Made by a program: the position numbers and the translations under genes
In this document: positions 53,319 to 64,000 of the stretch, piece by piece
Numbering within the stretch: the stretch's first letter is position 1
How the letters are laid out: the number at the start of each line of letters is the position of its first letter
The notes under the pieces: model-generated
Seen by the model: the letters and a program-made list of their open reading frames with translations, nothing else
Databases searched by the model: none
What the model was told of the DNA's origin: nothing
Assembly (NCBI RefSeq): GCF_009914755.1
Contig: NC_060936.1
Origin: the human T2T-CHM13v2.0 reference genome, Homo sapiens
Reading direction: 5' to 3' (one strand)
DNA length: 64,000 nt

Positions 53319-54743
53319 ACTAAGCACAATAATAACTGCTGAGGGAAAATCTTTTCTAATATAGAACCCTAATTTCAAGTACTTTAAAAACAACACATAG
53401 TATTCATTGGCAAACAAAAATTGTGCTAATATAAATTAGTATTTATTAAAATTGGTTTAGAATAATACAGACTCAATCATTTGTTCCTTATATCATGCAG
53501 ATGAAAACACATAAGATACACTTTAGGATACATTTTAATTTAAGTTTTTCAATGAACTTTTCCAAATAGAGAAATTATCAATAGCATATAAAGAGGAAAA
53601 AGGCTTCAATCATAAATATAAGTCTTGGTATTAGAAGAGTTACCATTAAATTATGTTGGAGCTAGTTATTATCTAAATGGTTTTTGTGTACTTTGCCTCT
53701 GGTTTTTCTAACTTTTTTTGTTATTATGGTAATAATATATTTTTGAGAAAAAACGGAGAAACTCAAGCCCATTCACTTGGATCACTGGGTCAAATTTGAA
53801 ATAGTTTTGTGTTGGTGATGTCTAGATATTCCATAATAAAAATCAGGAGATATGACTTATCTTTGCTCCCTGGCATTTATTCCCATAAAAAATTTAGAAT
53901 TATCTTTGGGCTACGCAGAAATGCTGTTTTCAGAATTGCTAGCTCATTCATGCTAGGAATTAAAAAGTGTTTTCAACATTATTTAGAAAGCACAGTGCTT
54001 TCTAGTCCTTTGACTTCATTGAGTTCAATTTTTCTCTCCATCATATTTGGACCATCCACTCTAACTGAGAGAAAGCACTGTTCCTTTTGTGCTGGATTTT
54101 CTAGTTGACTTTGATTTTAGTTATTTGTCCTGGCACCAGTAAGTGTTTTAGAACTGCCTCAATGCAACATTATTATATAACGAGTGCTTGTTTTTCTAAA
54201 CCTTTAGAGAATGATTTCACTGCTATTACGTTAATGTTTTCTCATCAGACAAAGCCACCTACGTTTAATAAATATAAAGCATGTATCATCTGTCAGGCAC
54301 TGGCGATTAAAGCAATAAGGAGTGATATTAATGCACGGAATCTAGTCTGTACTTAAGAGAATAAATGTGAACATCCTACTCTGTGTAACAAAAATGAACA
54401 GAAATCCTAGGAATGGAGGTTATCAATGAGCAGTATGTGAAGCTGAGATGTAATCAACCTCTTCCTTAGTGACAGACTATCTGCAGCATCAGCCAATGCT
54501 CAAAACCAATTCTGATAAACTCTGTAAATTTTCTATAGGAACAACTTTCTCATCAACCTCTCTCTTTTCCAGAGGTTAACATAGAATATTTGAAATACTG
54601 GGGATATGAACCAGTGACATAATATATGGTAATATAAATATTGGAAAAAATGTATTTAATTCTGCGACAGTGGGAGATTAAATTACTAGTTTTAGTAGGA
54701 ACAATACTTCTCAACTTACCTGGTGAGCCCTGGAAGTCTAAAG

Positions 54744-54826
54744 TCATTTTGTGGCTTCAGAGGCAGGAAGAACTCCCAACAGCGATGTGTCGCTAGCATC
54801 TTCACAACCATGGTTGGGGGTGTCAT
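54744..54826 (-). CDS. CD163L1: CD163L1 last coding exon (cytoplasmic tail); exon spans 54826-54720
   Basis: Minus strand tttctttcag|AT GAC ACC... translates (D)DTPNHGCEDASDTSLLGVLPASEATK*, recognised as the CD163L1 C-terminus; donor CAG|gtaagt at 54719. Confidence 0.9.
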
Positions 54827-55314
54827 CTGAAAGAAAGGCAAAATCTGTATTATTGAATAGTAGAAAACCTCTCTGCAGAGGGAAGAGCTGTTAAGTGCAG
54901 TGTTTGATCAGCTGGGAAAGTATAATAGAGCAAGAGGTGACTATTACATAAATTAAGAGCACGCTTAGTTATCGTTTTGAAGTAAAATAATTATCATATT
55001 TAAAAGGATAAACCATTAAGTGTTACCAAAACAAATAATACAACTTTTTATCAGATTATCAGATTTGCTTCCAGTATCTTAAAAGCCTAGAATTGTGATA
55101 TTTATATTTTGATTTTAAAAATGGGACAAGTAAAACTCAATGGTAAGCATCATTGTCTAAAGATAGGAGAGTACTAAAAATTATATTTAGGGAATTGTTC
55201 CATTTTTGGCAGGATTGAGAGAAATAAAGAATTGTTGTCTGTGGATAGAGAAATGTAGATAACTAAATTTCAAGAAGGTTGAATATGACTGCATCTTTTA
55301 AGAGTAATTATTTG

Positions 55315-57090
55315 AACTTCTAGTTTCCCATGAAGCCTGTAAGAAGCTTGGGAGTCATTACTCCCAATCGCATAACAAGAAAAAAGGTGAATAAACTGAA
55401 AATCAACAACTCTTCTTAGGTCCATCAAAGAACTGATGTCATAGGGCAAACCACTACCACCAAAATTGGAGAGACAGACAGGCAGAGACAGAGAATTGCA
55501 ACTTATAGAGCAGAAACCACTGTGGAAATCAGTAATGGGGTAGGGAAATCTAAACTGTAATTGACAAATTGCTGTAGGCTCAGAGTGGAAAAGTTTCAGT
55601 GTTAAAAACTCCAGTGGACCTACATTTTTGTTTTACCTTTAGAAGCCCTACCAAGTTATCACAGTGAAGACTGGAGCAAAATCATTCTGTGCTTTCTATC
55701 AGGAGGAGGGGAAAGTAGTCATTTTGAAGTACATATAAAATATTGTGTTCTTCTTAATGAAGAACACTTCAGTAGGGTTCCTATAAAATACCAGGGAATA
55801 CAATGGTTAAAATTGCACACCAAAGATCTTATTTAAGAACTCACTAGGGAGCCCCAATGACAACAGGGGAGACTAAAACAAGGGCACCAGAAGAAATATT
55901 AGCCTCTGACACCTACAGCTACAGCAAACAATAAATACAGCTTAATCCCTCGCCAGATAAATATAAAACCTTACACCAACACTCTCTTTACCTCAATTCT
56001 TTGTGTCCACTATATATCATGTCTGACTTTCTACAAAATAATTACAAGGCACACTGAAAGACAAAAAACAGAGTCTGAAGAGACAGCAAGCATCAGACCA
56101 GACTCAGATGTGAGAGAGATGTTGAAATGATCACACCAGAACTTTAAAACAACTAGGATTAATGTGTTATGGGATCTAAAGGAAAAAGAGGACAACCTGC
56201 AAGAACATATGAGCAATGTAGGCACAGAGATGGAAGTTCAAAGAAAGGATTAAAAATGCAAGACATCAACAACACTGTAATAGAAACGAAGCATGTCTTT
56301 TAAGGGCTCATCAATGGACTGGACACAGCTGAGGAAAAAAAAATCAGTGAGCTTGAAGAAACATTAATGGAAACTTCAAAAACTTAAATGCAAAGAGAAA
56401 AGAATAAAAAAGACAGAACAGAATATCCAAAAATTGTGAAAGAACTACAAAAGATGTAACAGACATACAATAGGAATGCTAGAAGGAGAAAAAGGTGAGA
56501 AACAAGCAGAAAAATATTTGAAGCAATAATGACAGGATTTCTCACAACTAATGACAGAAACCAAAGCACTTATCCAGGCAGCACAAAGAACACCAAGCAG
56601 AATAAATGCCAAAAAAACAAAACAAACAAACAAAAAACCCCGGAATTTAGGCATTCATATTCCAACTGCAGAAAATCAAAGACAAATAAAAAATATTAAA
56701 AGAAGCCAGAGGAAAAAAATTGTCTATAGAGGAGCAAGGTAAGAATTACATTGAACTTCTCTTCAAAAGCTATGCTAGCAAAAAGAGTGAGTATAATATT
56801 TAGTGTGAAAAAAAGAACCATCAACTTAGAATTCTGTATTCAGGGGAAAGTATCCTTCAAAAGTGAATGAGAAATAAAAGATTTTCTCAGACAAATAAAA
56901 ATTGAGGTTATTTGTTGCCATTACAGTCACCTTGCAAAAAATTATACAAGAAATTCTTCAGAAAGAAAGAAAATGATATAGTTCAGAAGCTCTGATCTAC
57001 GAAAAGAAAAGGGAAGCATTAGAGAAGAAATAAATACAGGTAAAATAAAACTCTTTAAAAAATTTTTACTCTTATTTGATCTAACAGATA
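55315..57090 (+). mobile_element. Old L1M 5'UTR/ORF1 remnant (CD163L1 intron)
   Basis: Degenerate ORF1-like sequence (AGAACACCAAGCAGAATAAAT, TCAACTTAGAATTCTGTAT). Confidence 0.65.
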
Positions 57091-57446
57091 AATTTGCTCA
57101 TCTTCATTCCTGAAAGTTATTTTTTCTGGATATAGAATTCTGGATTGACAGTTCTTTTCATTTAGCACTTTAAAGACTTTGTTTAATTGTTTCCTGACCC
57201 CTTTAGAAATCTGTATTCATTTTAATTGTTGTTCCTCTAAACACAATGTGTCACTTTTGTCTCCTTGCTTTTGATATTTTTCCTTTGTGTTTGATTTTCA
57301 GTAATTTGAGCATGATGTGTCTGGGAATGTATATATTTAGTTTGGTGTTTGCTAAGCTTCTTAAATCTAGGAATTCATGTCTTTCAACAAATTTGTGAAG
57401 TTTTCAGCCAATATTTCTTTAAAAAAAATTCCTGCACCATGTCTAA

Positions 57447-57864
<418 letters not shown>

Positions 57865-59439
57865 TAATTTCCACTGGTCTATCTTGAAGTTCACTGATTT
57901 TTTTCTGTTATCTCCTTTCTGTTGTTGAGGCAATCCAGTGATTTTTTGAAAAATTTTCAGATACTGATATTTTTAATTTTTGAATTTCCATGGGATTGCT
58001 TCTTTCCTGAAAAGATTTCTCCATTAGTTTCTGGAAAGTTTGCCTTTGCCTCATAGAATATGGCTATAATAGCTTTCATGCTGTTACAGTCTTTGTATGA
58101 TAATCCAACCTCTGTTTAATGTAGATTGGCAACTGCTGGTTGTCTATTCCATGAGAATTGATTAGATACTCCTGGTTGTTTGTATGTTGGATAATTTTGG
58201 TTCGTATGTTGGATATTTTGAATATTTTGTTGTAAGACTTCTGAGTCTTACAAAAGTTTTGTTAAAACACTTTGGAGAAAGTGGGTTTTTGGTTTTGGTT
58301 TTGCTTTGTTTTGTTTTGTTTTGTTTTGTCTTGATTTAGCAAGTGATCAACCCAGTTAGGTTCAGATTGCAAGTTCTGTCTTACCATCTCTGGTGGTTTA
58401 TTTAGTGTCAATTCAGTTCTCAAAGACTTTGCTATTCTGTTTGGGTATGCTTTTTGTATGTACCAATATGAGTTGTTCTGGGATTTGAGTAGTATATATA
58501 TATTTTCATTCATTTCTCAAAGACTTTGCTATGCTTCATTGTGTATGTTCTGCATAATTGCAGCTAAAAGGTAAACCTGGTACTTGTATTACTTCAAGAC
58601 CTCTTCTCCAGATCCTCCCTCTATGTGATTTCCTCTATGTTCTCTAGCTTCCAGTGGCTTCTTTTTCTATTTTCTCTGGCAAGAAAATAAATGGGTTATC
58701 TCACAGTTTTATTTTCTCATACTGCAGTAAAGGTTCACATGACTAGGAAGTAATAAGAGAAAAGAGAATGAGGATTTTCCCCAAACTATTTGCATAACAG
58801 GGGTCATTCTTTCATGCTCTGCTATTCAGAGAAGTAAGTCTTCTCTCAAACTTAGTTGCCTGTGCCACATTGGCTGTAGCAGGGCAGATATGCTTTTGAA
58901 ACTGGACTAGGGCTAGGGTGAAGACAGCAAACTAAAAAATAGGAAGATTCCCCGTATTCCCTGGATTTCCCTTCCCCTGTCCTCTGGCCAGAAAGATGGG
59001 CTTTTTTAGGAGTCCAGGAAGAAAAAAACACAAACAAACAGAAAATTTACCATCACGATCACAATAGTCTTTCCTCAGTTTGACATTTCTTTTCAATGTG
59101 TTATTTACTTTTCAGAGTCCCAAGATTTTTTTTAAGTGTACGATTTGGTGAAATGAAATACATTCAGTTTTTTGTGCAACCGTTACCACCATCTATCTCC
59201 AAAATTCTTTTTATCTTGCAAAATGAAACTCTATACTAATTAAAGAATAACTCCCCATTCTCCCTCCTCCAGCCCCTGGAAACTACCATTCTACTTTCTG
59301 TTTATATGAATTTGATTGCTCTATGTACCTCTTATAAAGTGAATCATGTAGTATTTATCTTTTTCCGGCTGACTTATTTCACTTAGCATAATATCCCTAA
59401 AGTTCATCTACATTCCATTGTATATATACACATACATGT

Positions 59440-60082
59440 AAAATGGAATATTTATATATATAAGGTACACTTGTATATTATATATACTATATATTATTTT
59501 TATATATTATATATTACTTATATAAATTATACATATATAACATATATAATATATCATATGTATTATTTTTATATTATATATTACTTATGTTATAGATTAT
59601 GTATTTAATATATTACTTATATATTATAGATTATATAGTAATTATACTATATAATTATATTAAATTATATAAAATAAAATATGAAATATATTATAATATA
59701 AATATATTAAATATATATTATATAACATATAATTACAATTATAGATAATTATATAGTATGTTATTTATATCATATACCATATATAATTATGTGTTATTAC
59801 ATTATTCTAATAATTTATTCTGTAAGATAGTATATATTAATTAATATATTAAATTAATAGTTATTACATAACTATGTATAAATATATAATATATTATATT
59901 AATATCATGTAATTTATAGCATATCATATTAATATAATATAAATTTATAGCTTATTATAATATAGTATAAATATAAATATATATAATATAAAATTATATA
60001 ATTCTAATATAATATATGATTTATATTAATATAATTATACTATAACATATAATATTAATATATAATAATATATAACATAATG
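59440..60082. repeat. Extremely AT-rich low-complexity tract
   Basis: About 640 nt of degenerate TA/TAA/TTA units with very few G/C. Confidence 0.92.
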
Positions 60083-60289
60083 GTAAAAGTAGATCTACCA
60101 TTTGATCCAGCAATCCTCCTACTGGGTGTCTACCCAGAGGAAAAGAAGTCATTTTATGAAAAAGACATTTGCACATGCATTTTTATAACAGCACAATTTG
60201 CAATTGCAAAACCAGCCCAATCAACAAGTGGATAAAGAAAATGTGGTATATATATGCCATGGAATACTACTCAGCCATGAAAAGGAAAT

Positions 60290-63200
60290 AAAGAAATTAA
60301 GAAAATTAAGAGATTTTTTAAAAAAATGGAAATGAAAACACAACATACTGAAATATATGGGATACAGCAAAAAACAAAAATATACACGAAATAACAGTAC
60401 TAAGAGGGACGTTTATAGCAGTAAACACCCATATCAAAAAGTAGATAGAGACCAGCCCGACCAACATAGTGAAACCCCATGTCTACTAAAAATACAAAAA
60501 AATATTAGCCAGGCATGGTGTCATGTGCCTGTAATCCTAGCTGCTCTGGAGTTTGAGGCAGGAGATTTGCTTGAACCCAGGAGGCGGAGGTCGCAGTTAG
60601 CCGAGATTGTACCCCTGCACTCTAGCATGGGTGACAGAGTGAGACTCCATCTTAAAAAGGAAAAAAAACAAGTAGAAAGACTACAAATAAAGAGGCTAAT
60701 GGTGCACCTCAAGGAACAAAAAAAGAAAGAACAAACCAAACCCCAAATTAGTAGATAAAAAGAAATAATAATAATAATCAGAGAAATAAATTAAATTGAG
60801 ACTTAAAATCTACAAAGGAGCAACAAGATTAAAAAGTTGATTTTTTGGAAAGATAAACCAAATTGATAAACCTTTAGCTGGACTAAGTAAAAAGAGAGAA
60901 AACTCAAATAAATAAAATCAGAAATGAAAAGGTAGACATAACAATTGAGACCACAGAAATACAAAGAATCATTTAAAAATATTATGAACAACTATAGACC
61001 AACAATTTGGAAAACTTAGAAGAAACTGATATATTTCTAGTCATATACAAACCTACCAACACCGTGCCATGAAAAAATAGAAAAGTTCAACAAATCAATA
61101 ACAAGTCATGAGATCAAAGCCATAATAATAATAAGAAAAAAAAAAAACCTCTCACTAAAGAAAACCCCAGGACCTGATGCTTCACTGCTGAGTTCTACCA
61201 ACCATTTAAAGAAGAACTAATGCTAATTTTATTCAAACTCTTAATGAAATTGAAGAGGAGAGAACACTTCTAAACTCATTTTATAGGGCCAGCATTACCC
61301 TGATACCAAAACCAGACAATGAAACAACAAAGAAAGAAGACTCCAGGCCAATGTCACTGATGAACAAAAATGTAAAAATCCTCACCAAAATACTAGCAGA
61401 CTAAATTCAACAACAGATTAAAAGATTTTTCACCACAATCAAGTGAAATTCATTCCAGGGATGCAAAGATTGTTCAACATGAGCAAATCAATAAAAAAGT
61501 GATATATCACATTAACAGAATCAAGAACAAAACCCATATGATCATGCCAATAGATGCTAAAAAATCATTCATAAAATTCAACATCGTTTTATAATGAAAA
61601 GCCTCAACATACTGGGTATAGAAGGATCATACTTCAACATAATAAAGGCTATGTATGACAAATCCACAGCTAATATGATACTAAATGGGGAAAAATAGAA
61701 AACATTTCCTGCAAAATGTGCAACAAGGCAAAGATGTCCATTTTCTTCACATTTATTCAACATAATACTGGAAGTCCCAGCCAGAGCAATTAGGCAAGAG
61801 AAAGACATATGGGGCATCCTAGTTGGAAAGAAAGAGGTCAAGTTAGCCTTCTTTGCAGACAATATGGTTTTATAGTTAGAAAAATCTAAAGACTCCACCA
61901 GAAAACTGTGAGAACTAATAAATACATTCAGTAAAGTTACAGAATACAAAATCAACATATAAAAATCAGTAGCATTTATATAACCCAATAGCAAATAACC
62001 TGAAAAAGAAATCAAAAAGCAATCCAATTTGCAATAGCTATAAAGAATATAAAATACTTAGGAATCAATTTAACCAAGAAGTGAAAGATGTATACAAAGA
62101 AAACTATAAAACACTGATGAAAGAAATAGAAGAGGACAAAAAAAAAGAAGTATATTTCATGCTCATAGATGGAAAGAATTAATATTGTTAAATACCCAAA
62201 GCAATTTACGGATTCAACGCAATCTCTTTGAAAACACTAATGACATTTTTCACAGAAATAGAGATAACAATCATAAATTTTAGATGGAACAACAGAGGGC
62301 CCCCAATAGCCAAAGCTATTCTGAGCAAAAGAACATAGTTGGAGGCATCGCATTACCTGACTTCAAAATATACTACAAAATTATAGTAACCAAATCAGCA
62401 TGGTACTAAAACAGACACATAAACCAGTGGAACAGAATAGAGAACCCAGATATAAATCCATGCATTTATAGCCAAGCCACTCTCTGCAAATACACCAAGG
62501 ACATACATTGGGAAAAGACAGTCTCTTCAATAAATGGCACTGGGAAAACTGGATAACCACATGCACAAGAATGAAACTAGACTCTATCTCATACCATATA
62601 AAACACCAAATAAAAACAGATTGAATAACTAAATGTAAGACCTGAAACTATGAAACAATTAGAAGAAAACACTGGGAAACACTCCAGGATATTGGTCTGG
62701 GCAAAGATTTTTGGGTAAGACCTCAAAAGCACAGGCCACCAAAGCAAAAATATAGACAAATGGGATTATATCAATCAAAAATCTTCTGCCAGCAAAGGAA
62801 ACAATCAACAAAGTGAAGAGACAACCCACAGAGTGGGAGAAATATTTTTAAACTATCCAACTAATAACGGGTTAATAATCTAAATATATAGAGCTCAGAC
62901 AACTCAATAGAAAAAAACCAACTAATCTGATTTTAAAAAATGGGTGAAAGAACTGAATAGACATTTCTCAAAAGAAGACATACAAATGGCCAATATGTAA
63001 ATAAATGCTCAACAACACTAATAATCAGAGAAACATAACTCAAAAAGAAAATGAGATATCATCATACCTCAGGCAGAATGGCTTTTATCAAAAAGACAGG
63101 AAATAATGGATGCTGGCAAGGATATGAAGAAAGGAGAACCCTCATACACCATTGACAGGAATATAAATTAGGATAGTCATTATGGAAAACTGTATGGATT

Positions 63201-63870
63201 TGCCTCAAAAAACTAAAGATAGTATTACTATACAATTCAGCAATTCCACTTCTGGGTATATATCCAAAAGAAAGAAAATTATATATCAAAGTGATAGCTG
63301 CACCATGTTTATTGCAGCACTATTTATAATAGCCAAAATATGGAAGCAGCCTAAGTGTCCCTTGATGAATGAATGGGTAAGAATATGTGGTATATATACG
63401 CACACATTTTTAGCCATAAAAAATGAAATCATGTTATATGTAGTAACATGGTGGAACTAGAGGTCATTATGTTAAGTGAAATAAGCCAAGCACAGAAAGA
63501 CAAATATCCATGTTCTCATTCATATGTGGGAGCTAAAAATGTTGATACCATTAAGATAGAGTGTAGATTGGTGGTTATCAGAGGCCGGAAAGGGTAGGGG
63601 AAAGGGAGGATAAAGAGAGGTTGATTGAGTACAAATATACAATTGTAAGAAATAAAACCTAGTGTTTGATAAATCAATAAGGTGACTATAATTTACAATA
63701 ATCTATACATATTTCAAAATAGCTAGAAGAGAATAATTCAGATGTTTCTGGTATAATAAAAAGACAAATATTTGAAGTGACAGATATCCCAATTTTACTA
63801 ATTTGATCTTTACAAATTATATGAATGTACTAAATTATCACATGTACCTAGAAACTATGTACATCAATAC
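60290..63870 (+). mobile_element. L1MA-type ORF2 and 3'UTR, degenerate, with a 5'-truncated Alu at about 60447-60668
   Basis: Colinear with L1 ORF2 (CCAGGACCTGATG, TTCTTTGCAGAC, CCTGACTTCAAAATATACTAC) and an L1MA-type 3'UTR. Confidence 0.88.
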
Positions 63871-64000
63871 AAAAACAAAGTTTAAAAACAATGTTAATTA
63901 AAATAACAATGAGATGCCACTTATCAAATACTAAATTAGCAACATTATAAAAGATGAAACTATTTAGTATCAGTGATTATTCAGTAAAATACATTCTCAT

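Overview
Primate (very likely human, chr12p13.31 by recognition of the proteins) genomic DNA. The first 26 kb hold a complete 13-exon ACSM4 gene on the + strand (580 aa medium-chain acyl-CoA synthetase; the last intron is GC-AG). The last coding exon and terminal 3'UTR exon of CD163L1 lie on the - strand at about 52.3-54.8 kb, converging on ACSM4. Between the two genes are: a tiny antisense L1 carrying an apparent 3' transduction; a near full-length, dead L1PA3/4-type element (YY1 site lost, open 141-aa ORF0, templated-insertion scar in the endonuclease) abutting an older truncated L1; a MER9 solo LTR; a complete MST MaLR element; and many Alus. The main unexplained signal is a three-exon, in-frame, GT-AG spliced ORF at 36167-39136 (+), not visible in the six-frame track as a whole. 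It encodes a 139-aa protein with one strong hydrophobic segment, has a strong Kozak start and a downstream AATAAA, and is a candidate small single-pass membrane protein gene. Repeat subfamily calls and boundaries were made by eye and are approximate.
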